DNA of 61,849 bases from positions 1 through 61,849 of the forward strand of contig SSHE01000001.1 of the NCBI GenBank assembly GCA_008017315.1. Direction: 5' to 3'. A program made the position numbers and the translations under genes. The stretch comes from Acinetobacter sp. (GTDB lineage: Bacteria; Pseudomonadota; Gammaproteobacteria; Pseudomonadales; Moraxellaceae). Of the stretch, positions 10,743 to 21,118 are shown piece by piece; the first letter of the stretch is position 1; every line of letters starts with the position of its first letter. Below the pieces are notes generated by a model. The model was not told where the DNA came from, did no database searches, and worked only from the letters and a program-made list of their open reading frames with translations.

Positions 10743-11579
10743 ATGTTTCTTATTACGCTTGGATCAGCACTTATTTATCATTTTGCTACGGAATCTCTTG
10801 AGATTGCGGATCAGCCTGCAGGTACAGTGTACTATACAGAGGTTGGTGATAGCAGAAATAATAGTTTTGCTCGTAATCATCGTGAGCCAGTTCAAATTAC
10901 GCCAGCAGCTGTAGATCAGTTTAGAGGAATTGTGCGTCAGGCGTACGATTATAGTTGTGGTTCTGCAGCTTTGACGACCATGTTAAATGGCTACGTCGGT
11001 ATGCAACTGTCTGAAAAAGAAACCATGGATGGCCTACTACGTTACGGCGAGTACAATCGTATCGTTGAACGTCGTAGCTTTTCATTACTGGATATGAAGC
11101 GTTTTGTGACCGCTTTGGGGTATTCAAGTGGTGGCTACCGTGGTGAATTAAAAGATTTGATTGCACTAAAAAAACCAGCCATTGTGCCTATTGCTTATGC
11201 AGGTTTTAAACATTTTGTTGTGTATAAGGGTTATCACGACGGACGTATTTATGTTGCTGATCCTGCTTTAGGGAACATTAGCTTCAATGCGGATCGTTTT
11301 GCTGAAGTTTGGGATAACAATACATTGTTTATTATTGATTTGGCAGATTATCAAAAACCAGCCGATGTATTGACATTGACGGAAAATGATATGCGTCATG
11401 TGGATGATGCAACCGTCAATAAATTCGCATTTGTCAATATACAATATCCTGAACGCAGAATGGAACAGCTTGCAGATCGTGCTTCGACGATGCGTCGTGT
11501 GCTGGATGCAGATCCAAAGTCTGAAAATTATGGTAAGCCGATTGATACATATATGCGTATGTATTACAAACGCAAATAA
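10743..11579 (+). CDS. filB: C39-family cysteine peptidase (FilB / FapD-like)
   Basis: QAYDYSCGSAAL, FKHFVV and ADP catalytic C/H/D motifs; first gene of a fil-type operon. Confidence 0.85.
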   Translation: MFLITLGSALIYHFATESLEIADQPAGTVYYTEVGDSRNNSFARNHREPVQITPAAVDQFRGIVRQAYDYSCGSAALTTMLNGYVGMQLSEKETMDGLLRYGEYNRIVERRSFSLLDMKRFVTALGYSSGGYRGELKDLIALKKPAIVPIAYAGFKHFVVYKGYHDGRIYVADPALGNISFNADRFAEVWDNNTLFIIDLADYQKPADVLTLTENDMRHVDDATVNKFAFVNIQYPERRMEQLADRASTMRRVLDADPKSENYGKPIDTYMRMYYKRK

Positions 11580-11616
11580 TCATCTGATATAAAAAATTGA
11601 GATAGGGTAATCGAAA

Positions 11617-12753
11617 ATGATTGAAATGAAATGGATGAATCGTACAGTTTTGGCATTAAGCATCGGATTGGCTTTTGCTGGGCAGGTTTACGCAGAAGAG
11701 CAGGCGAATACTGCTGAAACTGAACAAGTACAGGCAGCCGAAGATTCGACTGCAGCAACTGTTTCAACAGAAGTGGAACAGCCAACAGCACAAAATGCAC
11801 CTGTATCAGCAGAACAGAGTGCATCACAAGCATTGCAGCAACAAGCTGGTGATGCGACACAAAAAGATAATCTTGAAGAAGTATTTACTGCATCAGAGCG
11901 TCAATATTCGTTGTTAAAAAAAGGTTCATACTCTGGTAGTTACGATTTTGACTATAGTTATTATCGTGATACGCAGTTGGATTTGGCACTGGATGATGGT
12001 AGTTCAAGCCTGACACGTTTGCGTATCGAAGATAATGCTAGTCATAACATGACCAACACCTTTACTGTGCAATATGGGGTGTTGGATAACTTAACTGTGA
12101 CCGCATCTTTGCCGCTTGTTGCAAAGTCAGATACCGTTAAAGATACGACGACAGCAGGTTTGGGTGATGTCTCCTTTGGTGCACGTTGGGAACCATTTCC
12201 ATTAAAACAAGGACGTTTACCACTGATTTTATTTGGTAGTTTATCGACCAAAACAGGTGATAGCCCTTATGAGGTCAATGCTAACCGTGATTTATCCACA
12301 GGTAAGGGTTATTATTCTGTAGGTGGTGGTGCGAGTACACGTAAGTATATTGACCCTGTTGTGTTGTTTGCTTCTGTGTCAGCCAACTATGGCTTTGAAG
12401 AGTCGCATATCAATCAGGTGCGTGGTAGTCGTATTCTGGATACTTTTGTGCCAGGGATTAGTGGTGGCTTCTCCTTTGGTTTTGCATACTCATTTAACTA
12501 TGATGTATCGATGACCATGTCGTATCAACAAAGCTTCAGTATGGGTTCTGAATTTCGCTTTACCTCGGGTGAGGTGTCCAAGCCAACAGATTCAAGCAGT
12601 GGTTCTTTAGGTATTTCGCTTGGAGTGCGTGTGTCACCACAGACCATTGTTAATGGTTCAGTCGGTATTGGTCTAACTGAGGATGCACCAGATATTAGTT
12701 TAGGTTTGTCATTCCCATTGGATATTATCGGTTTTGGGCGTGATGTACGCTAA
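11617..12753 (+). CDS. filC: Outer-membrane transporter (FilC; FapF/COG4313-like beta-barrel)
   Basis: Signal peptide, acidic Ala/Gln-rich linker, GLGDV motif, amphipathic beta strands. Confidence 0.75.
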   Translation: MIEMKWMNRTVLALSIGLAFAGQVYAEEQANTAETEQVQAAEDSTAATVSTEVEQPTAQNAPVSAEQSASQALQQQAGDATQKDNLEEVFTASERQYSLLKKGSYSGSYDFDYSYYRDTQLDLALDDGSSSLTRLRIEDNASHNMTNTFTVQYGVLDNLTVTASLPLVAKSDTVKDTTTAGLGDVSFGARWEPFPLKQGRLPLILFGSLSTKTGDSPYEVNANRDLSTGKGYYSVGGGASTRKYIDPVVLFASVSANYGFEESHINQVRGSRILDTFVPGISGGFSFGFAYSFNYDVSMTMSYQQSFSMGSEFRFTSGEVSKPTDSSSGSLGISLGVRVSPQTIVNGSVGIGLTEDAPDISLGLSFPLDIIGFGRDVR

Positions 12754-12760
12754 GGAGTGA

Positions 12761-14428
12761 ATGATGAAAACACTCCATCTACAGCCATTGGTGGCTGCCT
12801 TAATACTGGTTGGGTTATCAACGACCACGCAGGCGCGTTTGGGGCAAAACTTATCCATTGATATGAAAACACTGAGTATGGGGAATGCTGTGACAGCAGA
12901 CCCACCGGGTGTAAACTCTATTCACTTTAACCCTGCTGGTTTAACCAAAATTGATGGTTTGCAAACTGATGTGCAGGGGATTATGGCTCAGTTTAACGTG
13001 AAGCGTGAATGGTCAGCACCAGCAGGCTATAATGTTTTTGGCTATTCTGATGACCCGATTGTCTGTAATGATGAACCAACCAATCCCTCACCTTTGTGTA
13101 CCGACTTTAAAGGGATTGTAAATGGTGATGTGGAATATCCAACCTTATATGTGCCGATTCTGAAAAAAATGGTTGATTTAGCACCTGGGATGCCCGTTGC
13201 AGCACCTACGGCAGGGGTGGCATATCGACCACCAGGTTCAAAAATTACTTATGCAACAGCAATTTATGCACCTATGATTGCAGGTTTTGGTGCGGAAGAT
13301 GGTAACCCTGGTAATTTTATGGGGCAGCAAGTTGCAATGGAACGTGTGACGTTCCTTTCGCCATCAGCAGCATATAAAGTCAATGATGAATTGTCGCTTG
13401 GGGCTTCGATTGGATTGTCTTATCAAGCGATTGCCATGAAAACAGACATGCGTGTACCAAACGAACTGGTTGGGGTATTACGTTTAATTCATGAAGATGT
13501 GTGTGCTCCATTTAAAGAAAATGGCAATATTGTGACCGATTTGCTGTTATTTGGTATGTGTAATGCGGAGAAATCTTTAGGACCATTTGATAATTTGGCG
13601 AGTTTGGAAGTCGCATTAGAGCAGTCAGTTGCACCAAGTTATAACCTCGGAATCCTGTGGGAACCGACAGATGACTTTGGCTTTGGTATGGTTTATCAGA
13701 GCGAAAGTAAAATGCGGATGAAAGGGAAGTATAATATTCAGACGGGGCAAGGTGCACGAGATATGATTTCTGCCCTAAATTCCTCTGTGACAGGGCAAAT
13801 TTTATCGGCAATTTTAGGTTTCCCTGGTTATATTCCTGCACAGGAAAGCGGTTTAGTGTCAATGAATTTGAGCTACCCACAGCACTTTCAGGCAGGGATA
13901 AAGTATAAGGTTATGCCTGATGTGCAGGTGAATTTTGATGTGAGTTGGACTGATTTTAAGAAGTGGGAAAAATTCCAAATGGAATTTGACCGTTCTATCG
14001 GTGCACTCAAAATTGCAAAATTATTGACCAACCATGTGACTGAGAGTAGTGTGACCTTTCCGCTAGAATTTGTATCATCATGGCGTTGGGGGGTTGGTGT
14101 ACAGTATGATGCAACAGATCGATTACAATTGAGAATGGGATATGAACCACGTTCGTCAGCAATTCCCGAACATAAGCGAAATACAATGGTGCCAATTAAC
14201 AATGCACAATTGTTTGGTGTGGGTTTGACTTACCGCTTTGATCCTGATACAGAAATTGATTTAACTGCAGCACATGTACGTAGTAAGGATGATATTCCTG
14301 CCAATAGTAGTGACCTTGCGAATAAAACAGGGGTAAATAACCTGATTTATAACCCATATGCAGGGTTAAATATCAGTACCAATACGACTGTAAATCTCAT
14401 GGGTATTGTTTATCGTACACGTTGGTAA
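12761..14428 (+). CDS. filD: FadL/TodX-like outer-membrane protein (FilD)
   Basis: MGNAVTA...IHFNPAGL hatch motif; C-terminal YRTRW. Confidence 0.8.
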   Translation: MMKTLHLQPLVAALILVGLSTTTQARLGQNLSIDMKTLSMGNAVTADPPGVNSIHFNPAGLTKIDGLQTDVQGIMAQFNVKREWSAPAGYNVFGYSDDPIVCNDEPTNPSPLCTDFKGIVNGDVEYPTLYVPILKKMVDLAPGMPVAAPTAGVAYRPPGSKITYATAIYAPMIAGFGAEDGNPGNFMGQQVAMERVTFLSPSAAYKVNDELSLGASIGLSYQAIAMKTDMRVPNELVGVLRLIHEDVCAPFKENGNIVTDLLLFGMCNAEKSLGPFDNLASLEVALEQSVAPSYNLGILWEPTDDFGFGMVYQSESKMRMKGKYNIQTGQGARDMISALNSSVTGQILSAILGFPGYIPAQESGLVSMNLSYPQHFQAGIKYKVMPDVQVNFDVSWTDFKKWEKFQMEFDRSIGALKIAKLLTNHVTESSVTFPLEFVSSWRWGVGVQYDATDRLQLRMGYEPRSSAIPEHKRNTMVPINNAQLFGVGLTYRFDPDTEIDLTAAHVRSKDDIPANSSDLANKTGVNNLIYNPYAGLNISTNTTVNLMGIVYRTRW

Positions 14429-14435
14429 TCCAGAA

Positions 14436-15527
14436 ATGAGCTATCCAAAAGTTGCATTAAGCACTTTATTATTGAGCATGTTCTTTATCAACTCGGGTAA
14501 TGCAGGTGAAGGCGGTTTTGTAACAATCATTGGCCCAGACGGGCATCCAATGGTTGTTCCTCATCCTGAACCGAAAAAGTTGAAAAATACCCAGTCGGCA
14601 GCTGAGCTAAAATCAGAGAAGATATTGCAACAAAGTACAGCACCTCAAGTGGTTGCTGTGCCTACCGCTACACAGGCACAGGTGGATGCGTCACAAAGTG
14701 GTACAAAGCAGGTAAAAGTAGAGCCTAAGACGACTGTATCGGTACAGGATGTTAAAAAAGCAGCATCAGTAGAAAAAAATGCGGCAGTAGAACAGTCCAT
14801 AGTACAGCAACAAACGATACCAGCAGAACAGGCTGCGTCGGAGCATTCTTATCAAATGATTGATGGGGAAAAGTATTATGAGGCCGAGTATTTGGAATCT
14901 AAAGAGTTTAATTTAGAGCAAAAGAAACGTTTTTATCAAATTCCCAATACTGTGGGTGGTGGTGCAAACTGGGATGTGGTGGAGCGTGAAAAAGGCGTAG
15001 ATATGTCATGGTTTCGCTCATCACAACAGCATAAACCAAAACAGGAAAGTGTTGCCTTGGGGAAAGATTACAAGATTTTGTCGAAAGAATTGTTATTAGA
15101 AGCACTACCAATACAGTGTATAGATGACAAGGCAAAACGTAAGGCAAAGGAATTTGGCATAGAAAAACCTTTATCACTTTGGTCACGTACACCAATGGAT
15201 GATCGCTTTGATTATCAATTGGTCAAATTGGATCAAACGATTGAAAATTTTAGACTGACATCGTATGCCAATAGTGTCAATGCACCAACATATTATTGGC
15301 CGATGATTATCTTTTTAGATGAGCAGGGATGTGTGTTAGAAGGTGTAAGTGCATTCTATTCACAATCTTATCCCATGACGATGTTACAAAATGAATCTAT
15401 AGAAGGTATTGTACATATACCGCAGTATAGTAAATTTATGATGCTAGCTGCACTTGAACAAGCAGTGGATTTGCCTACACTGAAGCTTAGTCACCAAGGA
15501 CAGATAAAACTCACAGTTTTACGCTAA
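14436..15527 (+). CDS. filE: Putative pilus assembly protein FilE
   Basis: Signal peptide, FVTIIGPDG motif, low-complexity linker, C-terminal YYWP...FLDEQGC domain; position in the operon. Confidence 0.7.
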   Translation: MSYPKVALSTLLLSMFFINSGNAGEGGFVTIIGPDGHPMVVPHPEPKKLKNTQSAAELKSEKILQQSTAPQVVAVPTATQAQVDASQSGTKQVKVEPKTTVSVQDVKKAASVEKNAAVEQSIVQQQTIPAEQAASEHSYQMIDGEKYYEAEYLESKEFNLEQKKRFYQIPNTVGGGANWDVVEREKGVDMSWFRSSQQHKPKQESVALGKDYKILSKELLLEALPIQCIDDKAKRKAKEFGIEKPLSLWSRTPMDDRFDYQLVKLDQTIENFRLTSYANSVNAPTYYWPMIIFLDEQGCVLEGVSAFYSQSYPMTMLQNESIEGIVHIPQYSKFMMLAALEQAVDLPTLKLSHQGQIKLTVLR

Positions 15528-15545
15528 TTAGGATGAGCGCAGAAA

Positions 15546-17438
15546 ATGAATAAATTGATACTTCCTTTTTCAATCTCAACATTATGTTTGATGATGACAG
15601 CATGTGGTGGTGGTTCGAATCTGATTTTTGAAGATCCAACCAAAAAACCACAGGATACTACGGCAACAGGTTGTACAATTTCCGATACCAATGAAAACTG
15701 TTTTCAGTTTACGATGGAATATCCAATTGCAGGCATCCAATATACGTGTAGCAGTGATAAGGTGAATGTTTTTAGAACGCAAATAGATCAGAACATTGTT
15801 TCTGGCGGATGTGATAAAAAAGATACCGCTACATTTTTCTTGAATGCAAATGGTAAAGCACGTATAGAACTTGGAAGTGTGAAGATTGAAGATTTAGGTA
15901 AAGTAAGTACGGCAAGTAGTCCTGTACATTTATCTGTTCTGGATATGGCCAGAGGTTTGACGGGCAAAGCAGTGGCGACGTTGGATCAAAATGATGAAAC
16001 CGTCAAAATGGCGATGCAGTTGATTAAAATTTTTCAGGCTGTGGGTAGTCAGAAGAGTGATGACAACATCATTGGTGATATTCAACCAATTGATATGGAT
16101 GTGAAAATTCTTGAAGGTCTGTCAGATATTACAACATCCATCAATACCACTGAATATCAAAATGGTCAATATGCAGCAATTTTGAAGCCTTGGGTAGATG
16201 TGAGCCAAATTTCGGATGATGAAGCATTCTCTGTGCTCAAAAAGGCATTAAATATTTCAGCAGGTGCAATCTATCAGGCCGATCCGCCATTTTTAACCTC
16301 GGTGGTGGATGGAATGATTGGTTATAGTGGTGCAGATGCGAACAAAAAAACTTTTATGGGAACATTTTTTGTGATGTCTGACCGTCAAGGCTTTAGCCAT
16401 GGCTATGGTTTGCATTGGCGTGGGAAACCAAGCCAGTCATCTGAAACTTCGGCAGGCTCAATCTATTTGATTACTGAAGTGCCACCGATGATGATGTATG
16501 CAAATACACAAAATGGCTTAATTAATCCAGTCAATAAATATATTGCAGCAACAGACAAATTTTTGTTTAAGACATCAAATAATGAAAATTTATATCTCAA
16601 TAGTGGTCGCTTAATTAACGATTATGCAGTTGCAGGTACGGATATTTTTTATAAATATTTGACTGATATAGCGAAGGCACCAGAGAACGATTTAGCCAAA
16701 TGGAGCATGGTAGCAGGTGAAGATAATTATACGGGTCATGTCGATTTTGTAAAAGCTTATCCAATCTCTTATTTAGATCGTCGAGTATTTAAATCCATAA
16801 GCAATGTGAAAGCAGGAGAAAAGTATTATTTCCCATTGTATGCGACTTTAACCTTTAATTATGGTAGTAAAGACTTCGAACCAGTGAAATTGGGTATCGT
16901 GATTGATGAAAATGGTGATATTCGTACTGATGTGAAAGAGTGGAATAATACGGCGGATTTGTCAGGGCAATGTGGTCAGGCTGATGCAACACTAGCAGAG
17001 CCAAAAGACAATTTTGGTGTACAACAGTATCGTATTGGTACAATTGGTGGGGCAAATTATCAGCGACAACAGTCTGATATGGGGATTTCACCACGTATTA
17101 TTTTATCAGGTACTCAGTTTGGTGCATTGGATGGTACATTTGTTGGTGTAGATAATACTGTACTGGATTCAAATGGTACAGCGGCAGTCAATTCCAATGG
17201 TGCTAGAATTAACCTGTATAGCTTGCTAACTGCAGCTGATGCGAGTATTGGTACGATTAATATCAGTAGCTATAGTGGTGGTGTGGCTTCTTGGGCGAAT
17301 CCTTATAATCAGTATAAGTCTATCTATGTGAATAATGATAAGACTGCGACTGACGCTGATAAAACGAAGTTGAAAAATAGTATTTATGGTACATTGTCCA
17401 TTCAGTTGGCAAGTTGTTATAAGCCAATGGTGAAATAG
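15546..17438 (+). CDS. filF: Outer-membrane lipoprotein FilF
   Basis: MTACGGG lipobox, YPIAGIQYTCS, Cys pairs; last gene of the operon. Confidence 0.75.
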   Translation: MNKLILPFSISTLCLMMTACGGGSNLIFEDPTKKPQDTTATGCTISDTNENCFQFTMEYPIAGIQYTCSSDKVNVFRTQIDQNIVSGGCDKKDTATFFLNANGKARIELGSVKIEDLGKVSTASSPVHLSVLDMARGLTGKAVATLDQNDETVKMAMQLIKIFQAVGSQKSDDNIIGDIQPIDMDVKILEGLSDITTSINTTEYQNGQYAAILKPWVDVSQISDDEAFSVLKKALNISAGAIYQADPPFLTSVVDGMIGYSGADANKKTFMGTFFVMSDRQGFSHGYGLHWRGKPSQSSETSAGSIYLITEVPPMMMYANTQNGLINPVNKYIAATDKFLFKTSNNENLYLNSGRLINDYAVAGTDIFYKYLTDIAKAPENDLAKWSMVAGEDNYTGHVDFVKAYPISYLDRRVFKSISNVKAGEKYYFPLYATLTFNYGSKDFEPVKLGIVIDENGDIRTDVKEWNNTADLSGQCGQADATLAEPKDNFGVQQYRIGTIGGANYQRQQSDMGISPRIILSGTQFGALDGTFVGVDNTVLDSNGTAAVNSNGARINLYSLLTAADASIGTINISSYSGGVASWANPYNQYKSIYVNNDKTATDADKTKLKNSIYGTLSIQLASCYKPMVK

Positions 17439-17451
17439 TTTTCATCTTGGT

Positions 17452-17489
17452 ATAAAAAAACCTTTGTTCTCGAACAAAGGTTTTTTTAT
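17452..17489. terminator. Bidirectional intrinsic terminator
   Basis: ATAAAAAAACCTTTGTTC-TC-GAACAAAGGTTTTTTTAT perfect inverted repeat between convergent genes. Confidence 0.9.
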
Positions 17490-17503
17490 GGAAAAGGGTT
17501 GGA

Positions 17504-18343
17504 TTATCTTTGTCCCATGATACCACGAATGGTATTGAGTACATCGGCAGGTAAGACTACAGTTTTGGCATTATTTGATTTTGCCATATCCTGCATGGCC
17601 TTGACGTATTGCTCACCGAGTAGATAAGCGACGGGGATTTCTTTGTCACCGACAGCAGAAGATACCATGGAGATAGCCTCCTGTGATGCTTTAGCTAGTA
17701 CGACTTGAGCTTCTGCATCACGGCGAGATGCTTCCAAGCGACCATCCGCTTCTAAAATAGCCGCTTGCTTTTCACCGTCGGCTTTGGTGACTGTTGCACG
17801 ACGCTGGCGTTCTGCTGCAGCTTGGGCTTCCATGGCTGCCTGCATGGTTGATGATGGTTTAATATCTTGAATTTCTACAGTTTTGAGGGTGATTCCCCAG
17901 TCTGCAATATCATCGGAGATTTCAGCTTTTAGTTTTGCCTTGATATGATCACGAGAAGACAAGGCATCATCAAGGCTCATTTCACCAGCGATAGAACGTA
18001 GAGATGTTTGTACCAAATTTTGGATTGCCCAAATGTAATCTTCAATACCATATACGGCTTTTTCAGGGGTGGTAATATTGATATAGGCGACTGCATTCAT
18101 GACGAGTACAGCATTATCACGCGTAATCACTTCTTGAGATGGAATGTCTAGTACAATATCTTTGGTGGTGACTTTGTAAGCCACTTTATCCATAAAAGGA
18201 ATTATGAAGTTAATCCCAGGCGTAAGCGAGGTATAGTATTTGCCAAATCGTTGTACGATAAATTTATAGCCTTGTGGCACAAGGATGACTGTGCTATAGA
18301 GTGCAACAATGACCAAAATAGCAAGAATAATCATAAAGCTCAT
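17504..18343 (-). CDS. SPFH/band-7 (stomatin/QmcA-like) protein
   Basis: N-terminal TM helix, QEVITRDN, AAERQRRA coiled coil. Confidence 0.92.
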   Translation of the reverse strand: MSFMIILAILVIVALYSTVILVPQGYKFIVQRFGKYYTSLTPGINFIIPFMDKVAYKVTTKDIVLDIPSQEVITRDNAVLVMNAVAYINITTPEKAVYGIEDYIWAIQNLVQTSLRSIAGEMSLDDALSSRDHIKAKLKAEISDDIADWGITLKTVEIQDIKPSSTMQAAMEAQAAAERQRRATVTKADGEKQAAILEADGRLEASRRDAEAQVVLAKASQEAISMVSSAVGDKEIPVAYLLGEQYVKAMQDMAKSNNAKTVVLPADVLNTIRGIMGQR

Positions 18344-18825
18344 GTGTTGAGCCCTCCGTTTTTGTTGTGAGATTGTTGTGAAATAACAAGGAGTTGATTG
18401 CCTAAAATATCTGTCACAATGACCTTGTCACCAATATTGATGGTTTCTAGGCAGCGACACGTCCATTCATCCGTACCCAAAATTGGCATGGGGAAACGAA
18501 CAATCACTTCGTTATGTTCTGGTATGGTTCGAATCACCATGCCGACTTGACCGATGGTGGCTTCACGAGATAACCCAGCTTTGGTGCGGTCTTTTGACAA
18601 TGGTTTGATATATTTAAACCAGCCAATGGTGATGATAATGGAAAGAATCAGCCAAATCAGGATTTGTATCGGTTCTGGAATATTGGGTAATAGCCAGACT
18701 AAACCACTGACGATAATGGCAGCAAGACCAAACCAGAAAATAGTAAAACTGGGAATGAAAATTTCAAATACAGCAAGTGCAATACCGAAAAGAAACCAGT
18801 TTGAAGGATCTAAATTAAAACTCAT
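18340..18825 (-). CDS. NfeD-family membrane protein
   Basis: Hydrophobic N-terminus plus OB-like C-terminus; 4-bp overlap with the SPFH gene. Confidence 0.88.
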   Translation of the reverse strand: MSFNLDPSNWFLFGIALAVFEIFIPSFTIFWFGLAAIIVSGLVWLLPNIPEPIQILIWLILSIIITIGWFKYIKPLSKDRTKAGLSREATIGQVGMVIRTIPEHNEVIVRFPMPILGTDEWTCRCLETINIGDKVIVTDILGNQLLVISQQSHNKNGGLNT

Positions 18826-18849
18826 ATCATTATCCTCATTTTTATATCC

Positions 18850-19776
18850 TTAGATTTTTGCTTTTGGTGGAGGGAGGCGTGCCTGTGGTGATTTGGCAAA
18901 AGCCGCAAGTACTTTTTTCAGTTCGGGGATTTGTGCCTGAGCGGCTTGCTCACCTTCTAAAATAGATTCATTGCGTGCTTTTAAGTCCAGTACACCAAGA
19001 TGCCCAACCGCAGGTTTAATGACAACGTCAGCTTGTTTTAATTCGTAATTGATGCTGGATTGCCCCATAATATTGATGGTTTGATCAAGTAATCCCCACA
19101 TATTCAATGCTTTTCCAGCCTGTGGGCGTGCAGAAATATCAACTGCAATCACAATATCTGCACCCATATGACGTGCTGTTTCTACAGGAATTGGGCTGAC
19201 TAAGCCACCATCAATATATTTTTTCCCAGCGATGATTGCAGGTACAAATACATTGGGAATACTGCATGAAGCACGTACAGCTTGTCCTGCATTGCCTCGC
19301 ACAAATTCCACTTTTTTGCCAGTTGCAAGATCGGTTGCAACGGCAGCAAAACGTTTGGGGAAGCGTTGTATTGCGGTATTATTGACCTGAGTATTGACAT
19401 AATCCTGTAATTTTTGCCCCAAGATAATACCTTGGCTGTTGAGCGTGAGGTCACGTAATTGAGATTCTTCGAGCTTTAGGGCGATTTCTTGCAATTGATA
19501 AGGGGTTTTACCAGAGGCGTAGATACTACCAACAAAACTCCCTGCACTCGTTCCCGTCACAATGTGCGGTTTAATACCGTGAGATTCGAGTACTTTAAGC
19601 ACGCCAATATGGGCAAAACCTTTTGCACCGCCGCCGCCGAGAGCAATGGCGATAATGGGTTGTCGTACTTGGACGGTGGGTGTGGTGCTAATTGGTGTTT
19701 TTTGTGTGGAATTACACGCTGCCAAAGCCAGCATGAGTGTTGTACTAAGAGAGATTTTGAGTACATTTTTCATCAT
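18850..19776 (-). CDS. Patatin-like phospholipase, lipoprotein
   Basis: LAAC lipobox, GGGGAKG, GTSAG, DGG. Confidence 0.93.
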   Translation of the reverse strand: MMKNVLKISLSTTLMLALAACNSTQKTPISTTPTVQVRQPIIAIALGGGGAKGFAHIGVLKVLESHGIKPHIVTGTSAGSFVGSIYASGKTPYQLQEIALKLEESQLRDLTLNSQGIILGQKLQDYVNTQVNNTAIQRFPKRFAAVATDLATGKKVEFVRGNAGQAVRASCSIPNVFVPAIIAGKKYIDGGLVSPIPVETARHMGADIVIAVDISARPQAGKALNMWGLLDQTINIMGQSSINYELKQADVVIKPAVGHLGVLDLKARNESILEGEQAAQAQIPELKKVLAAFAKSPQARLPPPKAKI

Positions 19777-19906
19777 ATTAGATTGTACGGTTAAGACGAC
19801 AGTAGCGTTATATTAACTGTTTTTTAAGCATTTCTCTAATCAAGTTTGTTAAACATTGTGGAACAATAAAATACACGCTGAAATGATCATCATATTGATC
19901 ACAGTA

Positions 19907-19922
19907 TGGCATAAATATTGCA
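19907..19922 (+). promoter_or_regulatory. Sigma-54 (-24/-12) promoter of the porin gene
   Basis: TGGCATAAATATTGCA, GG-N10-GC. Confidence 0.7.
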
Positions 19923-20003
19923 TTTTTATGACACAGAGTCAAAGTGGACTTTTTTATGGTCAAAGATGCCCAATTCCTACTGTAATTGATATTTGAGGCT
20001 TGT

Positions 20004-21071
20004 ATGGAACTTAAAGGAAATTTAATGCTGGTTATGGGGGTGTTCTTTACCTCTGTAAGTTCGTCAGTTTTTGCCGCACCAACCTTATACGGTGTGTTGG
20101 ATGGTTCTGTGAATTTTGCCAGTAAAGATATTGGGCATAACCAGTTAAGTACTATTCATGATGGTGCATCGGTAACATCCAATAATTCTTATCTTGGGGT
20201 TAAGGGGAATGAGAAACTCTCAGACACACTGAGTATCGTTTATGATGCACAATGGACGATCAATATAGATGGCGACGGTAGTGATTTCGGTCAGCGTGAT
20301 CGTTATCTTGGATTGAAACATGAGCAGTTGGGTACATTATCGATCGGTAAATTGAATACGTTTTTAAAGCGTTTGGGAAGTATTGATTTGTTTGATAATT
20401 ATGCTGCCAATCAGCTTGATATTGCAAATACATTTACAGGTGAAAATCGTATCAATGATGGCATACAATACCAATCGCCAGCAATAAAGGTGGCTCGTGG
20501 TAAAATCAATGCAAACCTACAATTATTTCAGGGTGAAGGCGGTGTTGCGACCAATAGTGGTAATGCAGTGGGTGATGGTTTTGGTGATGCGATTTCTGCA
20601 TCTATACTGTATGACAATAAAGCTGCAGGGGTAAATTTTGCTTTGGCTTATGATAGTGCAGTGCCAAGTCGCTGGATTGGTGCAGGGAATGCTTGGGCAG
20701 AAACCAATACTGTTCGTGCAGTAGCCAATATGCAAGCGGAAAACTTATCCCTGAGTGCATTGCTGCAACATGCGGAAGTTGCAGAGCGTAGAACGGCAAG
20801 CAATGTTGCTGTAGCAGATATTGAGAGTGAATTAGGTTTTGCTTTGGGGGTATTGTATAAGGTTGGTCAGACCCCATGGTCAGTTAAAGGACAATTCCAG
20901 CAAGGTACAACGACGTTTAAAACAGCTCACGATATCAAGGCACAGCAAATGGCTGTGGGGGTGGATTATCAATATAACAGTAATGCAAAAGCGTATTTTT
21001 ATCTCGCACAACATAAGCTAAAGGACGATGATAATCGAGTAGGTGGTTTGGGTTTGCAATATAAATTCTAA
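20004..21071 (+). CDS. Gram-negative porin
   Basis: Signal peptide, TLYG start, S.LG.KG.E.L motif, C-terminal GLQYKF. Confidence 0.9.
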   Translation: MELKGNLMLVMGVFFTSVSSSVFAAPTLYGVLDGSVNFASKDIGHNQLSTIHDGASVTSNNSYLGVKGNEKLSDTLSIVYDAQWTINIDGDGSDFGQRDRYLGLKHEQLGTLSIGKLNTFLKRLGSIDLFDNYAANQLDIANTFTGENRINDGIQYQSPAIKVARGKINANLQLFQGEGGVATNSGNAVGDGFGDAISASILYDNKAAGVNFALAYDSAVPSRWIGAGNAWAETNTVRAVANMQAENLSLSALLQHAEVAERRTASNVAVADIESELGFALGVLYKVGQTPWSVKGQFQQGTTTFKTAHDIKAQQMAVGVDYQYNSNAKAYFYLAQHKLKDDDNRVGGLGLQYKF

Positions 21072-21083
21072 GGTGCATGATGT

Positions 21084-21118
21084 AAACCAGCCACTTCATC
21101 ATGCAAGTGGTTGGTTTT
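21084..21118. terminator. Bidirectional terminator
   Basis: AAACCAGCCACTT-N7-AAGTGGTTGGTTTT. Confidence 0.7.
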
